Shown: positions 17,016 to 27,582 of the stretch, one piece after another
How the letters are laid out: each line of letters starts with the position of its first letter
Numbering within the stretch: position 1 is the first letter of the stretch
Source of the DNA: Geopsychrobacteraceae bacterium
Lineage (GTDB): Bacteria; Desulfobacterota; Desulfuromonadia; Desulfuromonadales; Geopsychrobacteraceae
Length of the DNA: 64,000 nt
Direction of reading: 5' to 3'
NCBI GenBank assembly: GCA_963662315.1
Contig: OY759353.1
Span: 4,288,001 to 4,352,000, forward strand
The notes under the pieces: generated by a model
The model's input: the letters and a program-made list of their open reading frames with translations, nothing else
What the model was told of the DNA's origin: nothing
Databases searched by the model: none
Program-made: the position numbers and the translations under genes

Positions 17016-20000
17016 ATGCCTAGATTTTTTATTGAACGACCCATATTTGCCTGGGTCATCGCGATAGTTATTATGCTGGGAGGGGTGTTTGCCATCGAGA
17101 CCCTGCCAGTCGAACAGTACCCGGAAATTGCACCTCCGAGTGTTTCTGTCAGTACTTCTTATCCTGGTGCATCGGCTGAAGTTCTGGAAAACAGTGTTAC
17201 CCAGATTATTGAACAGAGTCTGACCGGTATCGATAATCTGCGTTACTTTTCTTCCTCCAGCGATTCCAATGGAAACCTGCAGATCTCTCTGACTTTTGAG
17301 CCGGAGGCTGACCCCGATATCGCCCAGGTCCAGGTCCAGAACAAGGTCAGCAGTGTTGTCAGCCTGTTACCCCAATCGGTTCAGCAGCAGGGGGTTAATG
17401 TCAGGAAAGCCTCGTCCAGCTTTCTGATGGTTATCGGTATTTATTCGACCGATCCCAAGGTTACTGAGTTCGAGATCAGTGACTATATGCGGTCAAAGAT
17501 GTCCGAGCCGATCAGTCGGATCAGTGGCGTCGGTGATGTTACGGTTTTTGGTGAACAGCACTCCATGCGGATCTGGTTAAATCCCGAGCAACTGCATAGT
17601 TTTAACCTGATGCCTTCCGATGTCAGTGCCGCTATTAAGGCTCAGAATGTCGAAGTTACCGCAGGTCAATTAGGTGGAGCTCCAGCGGTTGCCGGACAAC
17701 AGTTGAATGCATCAATCAAGGCCATGTCCAAACTGGAAACGGTCGAAGATTTTGAGAATATTCTGCTTAAGGTCAAGACCGATGGGTCCCAGGTACGCTT
17801 GCGGGATGTTGCTCGGATTGAGCTGGGTACCCAATCTTATGCCCGGATCGCCCGCTATAATGGTAAGCCTGCCAGTGGCATGGGAATTTACCTTGGTACC
17901 GGAGCAAATGCTCTTGCTACCGCTGCTGAGGTTAAAGAGCGCGTCAAAGATCTGCAGCAGTATATGCCTGAGAGTTACCAGGTTGTTTATCCTTACGACA
18001 CGACTCCATTTGTTGAATTGTCGATTCATGAAGTGTTCAAGACCCTGGTTGAAGCCATTGTTCTGGTCTTCTTTGTCATGTTCCTGTTTCTGCAGAATTT
18101 CCGGGCGACACTGATCCCGACCATTGCGGTTCCGGTTGTTTTGCTCGGTACTTTTGGGGTTCTGGCGGCGTTTGGCTACTCCATCAACGTGCTGACCATG
18201 TTCGCTATGGTTCTGGCCATCGGTCTGCTGGTTGACGATGCGATCGTTGTGGTTGAAAACGTTGAACGGGTTATGAGTGAGGAGGGTCTTCCTCCCAAAG
18301 AGGCCACCAAAAAATCGATGACCCAGATTACCGGTGCCCTGGTTGGTATTGCCATGGTACTGTCCGCTGTTTTTGTCCCGATGGCTTTTTTCAGCGGGTC
18401 AACCGGTGCCATTTACCGGCAGTTCTCCATTACCATTGTTTCAGCTATGGCGCTCTCCGTTTTGGTTGCTTTGATCCTTACCCCTGCTCTGTGTGCAACC
18501 ATGCTCAAGCCGGTCGAAAAAGGGCATAACCTGAAGAAAAGAGGGTTCTTTGGCTGGTTTAACCGGACCTTTGAAAGCGGCAAGCGTGGCTATCGCAAGA
18601 GTGTCGGTTTTGTTGCCGCCCGCTCCATTACGTTTTTTCTGATTTATCTGATCGTTGTTGGTGGCCTGATGTATATGTTCAGAAGTTTGCCAACGGCTTT
18701 TTTGCCTGATGAGGATCAGGGGATCATGATGATGATGATCCAGGCACCACCCGGGGCGACTCTTGAGCGGACTCGGGAAAGTGCCAAATTGGTTGAGGAA
18801 TATTTTCTCACCCAGGAAAAAGAAAATGTCGAAAGTATCTTTACTGCGGCCGGTTTCAGTTTTGCTGGTCAAGGGCAGAATGTTGGTCTGGGGTTCGTGC
18901 GTTTGAAAGACTGGAGCGAGCGCCAGCGCCCGGACCAGAAGGCTCAGGCTGTTGCCCAGCGCGCCTTTGTCAACCTGTTCCTCAGAAACGGCATCAAGGA
19001 TGCCAATGTTTATACCTTTACCCCGCCGCCAATCCCGGCTCTTGGGAATGCCAGTGGTTTTAACTTCAAGCTTATTGACCAGGGCAACCTCGGGCACGAA
19101 GTCTTATTGCAGGCGCGTAACATGATGCTGGGCATGGCTTCGCAGGATGCTCGACTGTCCAATGTGCGCCCCAACGGGATGTCTGATGTGCCGCAGTATA
19201 AACTGGATATTGATCAGGAAAAGGCATCGGCTCTGGGAGTCTCAATAGGCGACATTACCAACACGCTCAGTATCGCCTGGGGGTCTTCCTACATCAATGA
19301 TTTTGTCGATGATGGCCGGATCAAAAAGGTTTACATGCAGGGTGACGCGCCTTACCGCATGCTGCCGGAGGATGTTGAACGCTGGTATGTGCGTAACAAG
19401 CAGGGCGATATGGTCCCTTTCACATCCTTCGTAACGGGCAGTTGGGAGTATGGATCACCGCGTCTGGAACGCCATAATGGCCGCTCCTCCATGGAAATTC
19501 AGGGTGCCCCGGCAGGGGGAGTGAGCTCTGGGGTTGCCATGGAGGCAATTGAGGAAATGGCCCAGAAGTTGCCGCCTGGTATCGGTATCGAATGGACTGG
19601 TATCTCCTATGAAGAACGCTTGGCCGGTTCGCAAACGACCATGCTGTATGCGGTCTCTTTGTTGATTGTTTTCTTGTGCCTGGCTGCTCTGTATGAAAGT
19701 TGGACGATTCCGTTTGCGATCATGTTAATCGTACCGTTGGGTATTGTTGGTACGGTAGCTGCGACCTATATGAAAGGTTTGTCTAATGACGTCTATTTCC
19801 AAATTGCTCTGTTGACAACCATTGGTCTGGTGGCGAAAAACGCCATTCTGATCGTTGAATTTGCTAAAAGTCTCTATGAAAGTGGACGCAGTGTTATCGT
19901 TTCTGCCATGTTGGCTGCTGAGCAACGTCTGCGGCCGATTCTGATGACGTCCATGGCCTTCATTCTCGGGGTAACGCCACTCGCTATCTCCAACGGTGCT

Positions 20001-20174
20001 GGCTCGGCCAGTCAGAATGCCATTGGTATCGGGGTTATCGGTGGTATGATCGGATCCACAACACTGGCAATCGTATTTGTACCGATGTACTTTATTATTA
20101 TTGAAAAGTGGTCCATGACCAGAAAGCGTAAAGCTCAAAGAGCTGCAGAGAAAGAGGTCAGCCATGTTGAATAA
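17016..20174 (+). CDS. RND efflux permease (AcrB/MexB, HAE1 family)
   Basis: [50 protein letters not shown]. Confidence 0.96.
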   Translation: MPRFFIERPIFAWVIAIVIMLGGVFAIETLPVEQYPEIAPPSVSVSTSYPGASAEVLENSVTQIIEQSLTGIDNLRYFSSSSDSNGNLQISLTFEPEADPDIAQVQVQNKVSSVVSLLPQSVQQQGVNVRKASSSFLMVIGIYSTDPKVTEFEISDYMRSKMSEPISRISGVGDVTVFGEQHSMRIWLNPEQLHSFNLMPSDVSAAIKAQNVEVTAGQLGGAPAVAGQQLNASIKAMSKLETVEDFENILLKVKTDGSQVRLRDVARIELGTQSYARIARYNGKPASGMGIYLGTGANALATAAEVKERVKDLQQYMPESYQVVYPYDTTPFVELSIHEVFKTLVEAIVLVFFVMFLFLQNFRATLIPTIAVPVVLLGTFGVLAAFGYSINVLTMFAMVLAIGLLVDDAIVVVENVERVMSEEGLPPKEATKKSMTQITGALVGIAMVLSAVFVPMAFFSGSTGAIYRQFSITIVSAMALSVLVALILTPALCATMLKPVEKGHNLKKRGFFGWFNRTFESGKRGYRKSVGFVAARSITFFLIYLIVVGGLMYMFRSLPTAFLPDEDQGIMMMMIQAPPGATLERTRESAKLVEEYFLTQEKENVESIFTAAGFSFAGQGQNVGLGFVRLKDWSERQRPDQKAQAVAQRAFVNLFLRNGIKDANVYTFTPPPIPALGNASGFNFKLIDQGNLGHEVLLQARNMMLGMASQDARLSNVRPNGMSDVPQYKLDIDQEKASALGVSIGDITNTLSIAWGSSYINDFVDDGRIKKVYMQGDAPYRMLPEDVERWYVRNKQGDMVPFTSFVTGSWEYGSPRLERHNGRSSMEIQGAPAGGVSSGVAMEAIEEMAQKLPPGIGIEWTGISYEERLAGSQTTMLYAVSLLIVFLCLAALYESWTIPFAIMLIVPLGIVGTVAATYMKGLSNDVYFQIALLTTIGLVAKNAILIVEFAKSLYESGRSVIVSAMLAAEQRLRPILMTSMAFILGVTPLAISNGAGSASQNAIGIGVIGGMIGSTTLAIVFVPMYFIIIEKWSMTRKRKAQRAAEKEVSHVE

Positions 20175-21567
20175 ATTTATATCTGTTATTGCCCTGGCCT
20201 TGTTGCTGGCGGGATGTTCCATGATCCCCAAGTATCAGCAACCGGAATTGCCGGTAACACAAAGCTGGCCGGTCGGGGAATCCTATCTGGAAAATGAAGC
20301 CGGGGTCCCCAGCGAAATAAGCTGGCAGACCTATGTTCAGTCGGAACCATTAAAATTGTTGATTGAGCGAGTGCTGGAAAATAACCGCGATCTGAAAGTG
20401 GCGGTTCTGAATATTGAACAGGCCCAGGCCGCGTATCGTATTCAAAAAACAACGCTGATCCCGACTGTTAACGCTAATGCCAGTGCCTCACGGGCTGGTG
20501 TCCCGGATGACGCTGCGACCACCGGAGTAGGTTATACCTACACCAGTACCAGTGCCAATATTGCCTTGTCCGCCTATGAACTGGATTTTTTCGGCAGAGT
20601 CAGATCTCTGAATCAAGAAGCATTGGAAACCTATCTGGCGACGGAAGAAGCGTTGGCCAGCGCGCGGATATCCCTGATCGCTGAAACGGCCAATGCCTAC
20701 CTGAGTTTTCTGGCAGATCGGAAGCTTCTGCAATTGGCCAAAGAGACCCGCGATACTCAGCAGCATACTTACGATGTTATCAAGCGGCAGTTCGAAGTTG
20801 GTTCGGCCACTCAGCTCGATGTGGCTCAGGCTGCCACTGCAGTTGAAAGCGCGCGAGTGTCCATTGCCCAATACACCCGCTTGTTGGCGCAGGATAAAAA
20901 TGCCTTGGTCTACTTGACAGGTGCGTCAGTCGATGATGTACTGGCGAATGCTGAAAGCATTGATTCCATCAGCTTCATGAATAATCTGCCGGTCGGCCTG
21001 CCCTCGGAAGTTTTGCTGGCGCGGCCGGATATCCGTAGAGCAGAGCATCAGCTAAAAGCGGCCAATGCCGATATCGGTGCTGCGCGCGCAGCCCTGTATC
21101 CAACCATCAGTCTGACCGGGTCTTTAGGTTTGGCCAGTGATAGTCTTGACGGGCTGCTGACCTCAGGCGCTCGCTATGCCTGGAACTTTACTCCGTCACT
21201 GACAATTCCGATTTTCAACCGGGGCAAGTTGAAAGCCAGCCTGGCAGTCGCGGAAGTCAAAGAAAAGATTGCCGCGACCCAGTATGAAAAGGCGATTCAG
21301 ACTGCTTTTAAAGAAGTCGCCGATCAACTGGCCGCACGTGGAACTTACCAATCACAACTCGATGCTCAGAATGCCCTGGTGGCCGCCACGGGCAAGGCCT
21401 ATGAACTATCCCGGGCGCGCTATGACAATGGCATTGATGATTTCCTGACTGTGCTCGATTCGCAACGTTCCTTGTTTTCTGCTCAACAAGGTGCTGTCAG
21501 CGTAAAACAGGCCTATCTGGCCAACCTTGTCAGTTTGTACAAGGTCTTAGGGGGGGGACAACTGTAG
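20164..21567 (+). CDS. Efflux outer membrane lipoprotein (OprM/NodT family)
   Basis: Lipobox [43 protein letters not shown]. Confidence 0.94.
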   Translation: MLNKFISVIALALLLAGCSMIPKYQQPELPVTQSWPVGESYLENEAGVPSEISWQTYVQSEPLKLLIERVLENNRDLKVAVLNIEQAQAAYRIQKTTLIPTVNANASASRAGVPDDAATTGVGYTYTSTSANIALSAYELDFFGRVRSLNQEALETYLATEEALASARISLIAETANAYLSFLADRKLLQLAKETRDTQQHTYDVIKRQFEVGSATQLDVAQAATAVESARVSIAQYTRLLAQDKNALVYLTGASVDDVLANAESIDSISFMNNLPVGLPSEVLLARPDIRRAEHQLKAANADIGAARAALYPTISLTGSLGLASDSLDGLLTSGARYAWNFTPSLTIPIFNRGKLKASLAVAEVKEKIAATQYEKAIQTAFKEVADQLAARGTYQSQLDAQNALVAATGKAYELSRARYDNGIDDFLTVLDSQRSLFSAQQGAVSVKQAYLANLVSLYKVLGGGQL

Positions 21568-21592
21568 TACGGTCATCCCCTAGGTATGATCG

Positions 21593-21634
21593 AAAACGCC
21601 CCTCAATTGCGTCTGATTGAGGGGCGTTTTTTTA
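21593..21634 (+). terminator. Intrinsic terminator
   Basis: aaaacgcccctcaat...attgaggggcgtttt plus T-run. Confidence 0.8.
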
Positions 21635-21736
21635 TCGGCAGCAACGCAACGCTCACTTTGTTGAACGTCTTGAAATCGAAAGAGGGTAACCTTAATGAGC
21701 CTTTCGAAAATATTAGGTACTGCAGACCCGACTAAT

Positions 21737-22921
21737 TCAGTATTGCGGGTTCAATGTGCCGGCTATCCTTCCCCATAGCAATAATACCAGCAGGGGTAAC
21801 AACAGTGTCATCATGCTGAACATGAGGGTCGGGCGGGCCCAGTGAAGGGTCACGAACGCCATGCAGCCGGCACCGGCAATAAACTGGTAAAAGACCAGCA
21901 GGGAAGATGCGGAACCGACATCTGTTTTGACCAGGCCGAGGAGCAATGACCCACTGCTTGGGCGGCTGAGGCCGGTGAAAAAGGAAAAAATGGCGATGAA
22001 CAGCATAAAGAATAGGTAATGCTGGCGTGAAAAAAGGCATAGCCCGGCGCCGCCGACGATACAGCCGAAGATGGCGATGGTCAGAATTGTTTTATCCTCA
22101 AAGTGCTTGATGAGTTTGGATGAGGTAAAGGCCCCGGCCATGGAGACCAGTGCGTTGAGCCCGAACAACAGACTGAACGTGGTTTCCGAAAGTCCGTGAA
22201 TGGAAATATAGAAGATTGGCGAAAAGGCAATGTAGCCGTAAAAGGGGATGACCAGTAGCCCCATACTGATCCCGGCGATAAGAAATGATCGATTGTGCAG
22301 GTGAATACTGTAGCGGGTGGCCAGTTGCTGCAGGCTGATATCCAGTTTGTTTTGATTACTTTCCCTGGTGGTGAACGTAACCAGCAGGGTAATAGTCACC
22401 AGAGCCCCCTGGAGCAGAAAGATAAAACGCCAGCTACCAACTTTCAATAACAACGCTCCGATTAATGGCGCAATCATCGGAGCAACCGCAACCAGAGTCA
22501 TAATGTAAGCGAGGGCTTTTTGCCGTTCTGTGCCACTGAAACGGTCGCGTACAATCGCCATGATGATTGCAGCTGGCGCACCTGCCCCCATCCCCTGAAT
22601 GACTCTGAAAAAAATCAGTTGCCAGGCATTCTGCGCAGCAGCACATAAAAATGATGACACGACGAAAAGGGTCAATCCAACCAGCAAAATCGGTTTGCGT
22701 CCGTATTTGTCGGAAAGCGATCCGGAGACCAGAATAAACAGGCTGAAAGATATGAACCATAAAACCAGGGTCATGTTGATAAGGTCTTTGCCGACATTCC
22801 ATCCTTGCGCGATCTGGGGAATTGCCGCTAGGTACATGTCAGTGGCTAACGGAGCTGTCATTGCCAGCGCGGCCAGGTAAATAACGTAGAGAGCTTTACT
22901 GCGTTGATATAATGGTTTCAC
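21737..22921 (-). CDS. Bcr/CflA family multidrug MFS transporter
   Basis: TDMYLAAIP, GSLSDKYGRKP, FRVIQG, APMIAPLIG. Confidence 0.88.
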   Translation of the reverse strand: MKPLYQRSKALYVIYLAALAMTAPLATDMYLAAIPQIAQGWNVGKDLINMTLVLWFISFSLFILVSGSLSDKYGRKPILLVGLTLFVVSSFLCAAAQNAWQLIFFRVIQGMGAGAPAAIIMAIVRDRFSGTERQKALAYIMTLVAVAPMIAPLIGALLLKVGSWRFIFLLQGALVTITLLVTFTTRESNQNKLDISLQQLATRYSIHLHNRSFLIAGISMGLLVIPFYGYIAFSPIFYISIHGLSETTFSLLFGLNALVSMAGAFTSSKLIKHFEDKTILTIAIFGCIVGGAGLCLFSRQHYLFFMLFIAIFSFFTGLSRPSSGSLLLGLVKTDVGSASSLLVFYQFIAGAGCMAFVTLHWARPTLMFSMMTLLLPLLVLLLWGRIAGTLNPQY

Positions 22922-23198
22922 AGGGCGTTCCTAATTGTTGCGTTGATGCAGGCGTTCTTTTTAAGAGTGACGTAAACAACAGTCTCGTGAGAAAAAAGCC
23001 GTTTTCAAACTTGAAATATACAATCGCTATCTGGGGTGTGCAGGTGTTGCTGATAAAGTGCATGGAAGCGGATCAGCGCGAAGGTTTGGTCCGGCGCAGG
23101 GCCACATGAAATGTGGCCCCTCGTATGCAGGTTGTGATTATACACCTTTGAGCGGTTAAAAGCTGGTTGAATATGACCAGCGTTCAGTTCTCCCAGGT

Positions 23199-23699
23199 TC
23201 AGCCTTGCTGGAGTTCGGGAGGTAATTTCCGAAAGCGGAGCTTTCCTTCTTTGAAGAGGGGCAGAATCAACAAGCTGCTAAGCAGTTTGATCACGGTTTG
23301 TCCCCAAATGACTGGCCAGGCTGGCCCAAAAGCTAACAGCACAAAGACCAGAGAGTCCAATGGCGTGGAAACCAGATTGCTCAGAACCATACGCTTTTCA
23401 ACGCTGCCCGTCATTCTGGTGTAAAACCACCAGTCGCAGAATTCGGCAATCAGGAAAGCGGCCAACGAAGCGACGGCGATGTTGCGGTTAAAGGCAAAGG
23501 TAATCAAGGCAGCGGCCAGCATCCAGATCCAGCAACCATATTTGCCGTAACGCTCCTGGACCAGGTCGCGGGCTGAATAGGTCAGGCCGATAGCGACAGC
23601 TCCTGCCGGAAAACTGACACCGAACAGGGTGACGACACCAAACAGATGGACCAGGATGTTGGCGAGGATGATGGAAAAAAGATAAAACAAGCCACTCAT
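23199..23699 (-). CDS. VUT family (YhhQ-like) putative queuosine-precursor transporter
   Basis: PAGAVAIGLTYSARDLVQERYG, IAVASLAAFLIAEFCD, SNLVSTPLDSLVF, GQTVIK. Confidence 0.78.
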   Translation of the reverse strand: MSGLFYLFSIILANILVHLFGVVTLFGVSFPAGAVAIGLTYSARDLVQERYGKYGCWIWMLAAALITFAFNRNIAVASLAAFLIAEFCDWWFYTRMTGSVEKRMVLSNLVSTPLDSLVFVLLAFGPAWPVIWGQTVIKLLSSLLILPLFKEGKLRFRKLPPELQQG

Positions 23700-23826
23700 T
23701 TTTATGTAGACCTTTCTTGTTCATCCTCGCCGGAAATAAGAGAGTTATGTTGGCGAGAATGAGATTGTTATTATGCTTTTACTAAGACAGACTGCTCAAT
23801 ATACAAGGGCTTGAAAATGAGAGCTA

Positions 23827-23877
23827 GATCCAAAACGAAAAAAATGACCAATCTGGTCATTTTTTTCGTTTTGGATC
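23827..23877. repeat. Perfect inverted repeat with 24-bp arms
   Basis: gatccaaaacgaaaaaaatgacca-atc-tggtcatttttttcgttttggatc. Confidence 0.95.
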
Positions 23878-23966
23878 ATATCAACTGGAGAAAAAGCTGG
23901 TCACTATATTCTTGGTGATCGGATCAGGCGGACGGTACAACTGAGGTCTATGCTCTGCTCATCGTA

Positions 23967-24068
23967 GTTTTCTCAATAATCAATCGCGACTTCGATCAGA
24001 TGAACTCCACTGACTTAGTCTTTGCAAAAGTGGACCCGCTGGTCGGTTATGGTTACCCGGTGTCCCTT
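23967..24068 (-). pseudogene. Decayed C-terminal fragment of acetolactate synthase-like ThDP enzyme
   Basis: Minus frame KGHRVTITDQRVHFCKD*VSGVHLIEVAIDY*EN resembles the ALS C-terminal pattern (KGHRV...GVHLIEVPIDYSEN) recalled from the family; two in-frame stops. Confidence 0.55.
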
Positions 24069-24231
24069 GTCAAGCCTTTGTGGATATCTTAAGTACTGTG
24101 ACTGGTGAAAGTATCGTTCCGTTAAGCGGTATTATCCTTATTCATTGCGCTTCCGCACATTAAAAAGGCCGGAATTCAATAATTCTGAATATCCGGCCCG
24201 GGATAGAACAGGTCAAATTTTCTGATTGTGT

Positions 24232-24804
24232 TTAGAGTGCTTTGTACTCAAAAGACTGGCCGCCGATAGATGCCTCATACATGAGCCCCCCTTTAATATG
24301 AATAAAGGTTGCCATCCCGTTACGGTAACCGGAGCCTGTCTGGTCGGCCGTTGCCGTATTCAGACTTTTGCTGGCTGTTGAACCGTCAGGGCCTGCTTTA
24401 GCCTGGGCTCCAGCAACAATAGCCACGGCCGAGGCGCTGGCTTCAAAGATAAATTTGGTGCTGGTAAAACGCTCGAAGGCTGCCTGGTTTTCAAAAAAGA
24501 TGATTTCGCTGAAAGCCTGGCCCCCCAATTGGGCACCAATAGACGCTTTTGCCAGGGTTGCTTCACCAACCAGTTGTCCCTGGCGATAGACTCTACCCTT
24601 GCCGTAAGAGGCGCCGATAATAAAGCCCCCTTTGCCAACCAATGGGAAGATCGCATAGCCGTAGGCAGTATTAAAATATGGGCGCACGACCGGCGAATTT
24701 GAGTAGATGTTGACCGTTTCCTGATACTGATTTGCCATTGCGCCGCTGCTGGTCAGAAAAACCAGGATCAGTGTGACGCACAGCAAAAATCGCATCCGTT
24801 GCAT
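24232..24804 (-). CDS. Secreted lipid-binding SYLF/YSC84-related protein
   Basis: Signal peptide; AYGYAIFP.VGKGGFIIG, ASIGAQLGGQ, KGGLMYEASIGGQSF; AAGGAGG RBS before ATG 24804. Confidence 0.82.
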   Translation of the reverse strand: MQRMRFLLCVTLILVFLTSSGAMANQYQETVNIYSNSPVVRPYFNTAYGYAIFPLVGKGGFIIGASYGKGRVYRQGQLVGEATLAKASIGAQLGGQAFSEIIFFENQAAFERFTSTKFIFEASASAVAIVAGAQAKAGPDGSTASKSLNTATADQTGSGYRNGMATFIHIKGGLMYEASIGGQSFEYKAL

Positions 24805-24887
24805 AATGTGTTTCCTCCTTTTCATTTCTGATTTAGCCAATGTTGCCAGGCATTATACATCGATATCAGAAATATCGCTCTTATTAA

Positions 24888-25775
24888 TTAAAAATATTCC
24901 TCTTCATAATCGGGCACACAATGGAACCATTCCCGGTGTTGTTGGCCCAGCTCAAGGGCTGCCTGGGCCTGGGCTATTATTTTTTCACGATCTTTGGGGT
25001 AACTTCCTTCAAGGTGCAGAATGTTTGAGACATGGTTGGAGCGCAGGATGGTACGCTGAGGATTCAGGTGCCTGGTGATGAGTAATGCTTCCTGTAATAC
25101 CTCGCCATGACTCAAGGGGTCAATAAGTTTGAAATATGCGTCATTATGACGCCTGAACATGGTCAGTAACGAAAAATACTGGGGTGACAGATCATTAATC
25201 CAGGCAGCTGTTGCTAGTGCGTGTTCACTGCTGCGTAGACGTCCCGCCAAACCGAGTATTGCTGTCACCGAAAGTTTGAGACCCGCAGTTTGAGCCTTAT
25301 GGCACAGGTCAAGCATCGTTTCGGGGTGGAAGTGCTTGTTGGCCAGCTGCAGTGTTTGAGGGTCTCCACTTTCAAGACCAAAGTAAAGAATCCGCAGTTT
25401 AAGATCCTTTAACTGCTGAAGATTCTCGACCGATTTTGTCGTCAGACTGTTGGGTGATGCGTAGGCACTGACTCTGGTCAGGTTGGGAAATGTCGCATTC
25501 AGCTTTTCAAGAATCCGGACCAAACCCTCCTGGGGATAGACCAACCCGTCTCCATCGGCGAGGAAAATACGCTGAATCTGGTTTCGGTAAGTGTTTGGCA
25601 GTGATTCGATCTCTGCAAAGATGTCTGCCTGTGAGCGAGTTCTGAACTGTTTCATTTTGTACATGCCACAAAATTTGCAACTGTTTTGCGAACAGCCGAT
25701 CGTGATCTGAAAGATCAGGGATCGGGCTTCGGATGGAGGCCGGAACAGGGGTTCATCATAGTCAAAAAAGTACAT
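24888..25775 (-). CDS. Radical SAM protein
   Basis: FRPPSEARSLIFQITIGCSQNSCKFCGMYK (CxxxCxxC), FLADGD, GLESG, RSNHVSN. Confidence 0.88.
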   Translation of the reverse strand: MYFFDYDEPLFRPPSEARSLIFQITIGCSQNSCKFCGMYKMKQFRTRSQADIFAEIESLPNTYRNQIQRIFLADGDGLVYPQEGLVRILEKLNATFPNLTRVSAYASPNSLTTKSVENLQQLKDLKLRILYFGLESGDPQTLQLANKHFHPETMLDLCHKAQTAGLKLSVTAILGLAGRLRSSEHALATAAWINDLSPQYFSLLTMFRRHNDAYFKLIDPLSHGEVLQEALLITRHLNPQRTILRSNHVSNILHLEGSYPKDREKIIAQAQAALELGQQHREWFHCVPDYEEEYF

Positions 25776-25904
25776 GAGTGTCAGTCTTCCATTGTCAATA
25801 TCCATTATACAGAACAACTTGCGACGCTTCTGCCTGCAGCTGAGAGATGCATCTTATGCTAGCAGAAGCAATATGCAGAAAACAACACGTGGGGCAATAT
25901 TGGA

Positions 25905-25933
25905 TTGACAATATATGTGTAGACATATATAAG
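25905..25933 (+). promoter_or_regulatory. sigma70 promoter with overlapping palindromic operator
   Basis: TTGACA-N17-TATAAG enclosing ATATATGT-gtag-ACATATAT. Confidence 0.6.
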
Positions 25934-25961
25934 GCTTCCAATATTATTCAAGGGAGTGCAA

Positions 25962-26651
25962 ATGAAAACAACGAGTTCTACCAATGCTTGCCAACTTACG
26001 ATGTCAAAACAGGTCAGCTATAAGTGGTTGCTTGGTTTGGTTATGGTCACCGTGCTAACTCTGGGGTGGCGCTTTCCGATTCTGGGTTTCATTGTGCCGG
26101 TTGCCATGATTGCCGGGATCAGTGGAGGGGTGTTTCGTGGTCGCTGGGTGTGCGGCAATATGTGTCCACGGGGCAGTTTCCTCGACAGCTGGTTCAGCCT
26201 GGTGGCCAGTAACAAGCCGATGCCTGCTGTGCTGCAGAATAGCAGGTTGCGTTGGACTGTCGTTGTTGTCCTGATGAGCTTTATGGTGTATCGACTGGCC
26301 CAGCACCCAGAACAATGGCAACATTGGGGACGGGTTTTCTGGCAGATGTGCTTGCTGACGTCTTTGACTGCTGTCGCACTGGGGCTGCGTTACAGTGCCC
26401 GTAGCTGGTGTTCCGTATGCCCGGTTGGAACCATGGCGGGAAGTTTGGGGGGCGCAAAGTATCAACTTCAGGTTGCAGCGTCCTGTAAAGACTGTAGCTT
26501 GTGTGAACAGGCCTGTCCGATGCAGTTGAAAATTGCAGTTTACCGGCACGGGGGTGTTCAGCAGGAGCAAGACTGTATCAAATGTTCAGCCTGTCAAAGG
26601 GCCTGTCCTCGGGGTGATGTCCTGAGTTGGCCAACGCGAAAAGCCGCATGA
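25962..26651 (+). CDS. Membrane 4Fe-4S binding protein (NapH/MauN/YccM-like)
   Basis: GRWVCGNMCPRG and RSWCSVCPVG (Cx3CP/Cx2CP) plus two CxxCxxCxxxCP ferredoxin motifs and TM helices. Confidence 0.85.
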   Translation: MKTTSSTNACQLTMSKQVSYKWLLGLVMVTVLTLGWRFPILGFIVPVAMIAGISGGVFRGRWVCGNMCPRGSFLDSWFSLVASNKPMPAVLQNSRLRWTVVVVLMSFMVYRLAQHPEQWQHWGRVFWQMCLLTSLTAVALGLRYSARSWCSVCPVGTMAGSLGGAKYQLQVAASCKDCSLCEQACPMQLKIAVYRHGGVQQEQDCIKCSACQRACPRGDVLSWPTRKAA

Positions 26652-26675
26652 TAGTTTCTTTTTACTGAACAGGCA

Positions 26676-26721
26676 GTACAACAAAAACGGCCCCCGCTAA
26701 GGAGGGCCGTTTTTGTTGTAC
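26676..26721. terminator. Bidirectional terminator
   Basis: gtacaacaaaaacggccc...gggccgtttttgttgtac between convergent genes. Confidence 0.8.
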
Positions 26722-26767
26722 GATTTACCGCAGCGAATCAAACGCGCGGAACACACTGCTGTCGTGA

Positions 26768-27316
26768 TCAGTTGAAGAAACGCTTGAGCAGACCAGCAAA
26801 GGCTGCACCGTGACGTGCTTCGTCTTTACACATTTCGTGAACAGTGTCATGAATGGCGTCGAGGTTGAGTTCTTTGGCGCGGGTCGCCAGGGCTTTTTTA
26901 CCAGCGCAAGCACCATGTTCGGCATCAACGCGAGCCTGCAGATTGGCTTTGGTATCAGCAACAACACACTCCCCGAGCAGCTCAGCAAATTTGGCAGCGT
27001 GCTCAGCTTCTTCAAAAGCAATGCGCTTGTAAGCTTCAGCAACTTCAGGATACCCTTCACGGTCAGCCTGACGGCTCATGGCCAGATACATGCCAACTTC
27101 GGTACACTCACCGGTGAAGTTCATTCTCAGACCTTCAATGATTTCCGGATCGACATCTTTAGCTACACCGATACGGTGTTCATCAGCCCACTGCAGGGCA
27201 GCAGTTGCATCTTGTTCGATAAATTTGGCGGCAGGCGCTTTACACTGAGGGCACTCTTGTGGAGCACAATCACCTTCATGGACATAACCGCAGATAGTAC
27301 AGACGAACTTTTTCAT
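26768..27316 (-). CDS. Reverse rubrerythrin (N-terminal rubredoxin + ferritin-like domain; NADH peroxidase)
   Basis: [15 protein letters not shown]...[26 protein letters not shown] di-iron ligands; AGGAG RBS. Confidence 0.92.
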   Translation of the reverse strand: MKKFVCTICGYVHEGDCAPQECPQCKAPAAKFIEQDATAALQWADEHRIGVAKDVDPEIIEGLRMNFTGECTEVGMYLAMSRQADREGYPEVAEAYKRIAFEEAEHAAKFAELLGECVVADTKANLQARVDAEHGACAGKKALATRAKELNLDAIHDTVHEMCKDEARHGAAFAGLLKRFFN

Positions 27317-27359
27317 GTTTTCACTCCTTGGGATTATATTCCTAACCAAAACACTCGCA

Positions 27360-27387
27360 ATTATAGTGGGAATATCCGATTTGTCAA
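27360..27387 (-). promoter_or_regulatory. Consensus sigma70 promoter of rubrerythrin
   Basis: Minus strand TTGACA-N16-TATAAT. Confidence 0.75.
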
Positions 27388-27582
27388 CTTGAAAGAATGC
27401 TAGCTTTCCACAGGATTTGAGGATTAACGCCACTGAACAGAATTTTCATTAATTGCAAACCTGAAGCTAACAAAGAGAGAGTACATACACGTGATCTACA
27501 CTAAAACTTCGGAGATTTGATCTGGAGTTTGCTGGTTTTCGGGTTCGACATAAATTTATCTTTGTTTCGGGAGGAGTACAAA

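Noticed and set aside
23973..23975. In-frame TGA as selenocysteine
   Set aside because: Lies in a fragment that also has a TAA stop and no start; better explained as gene decay.
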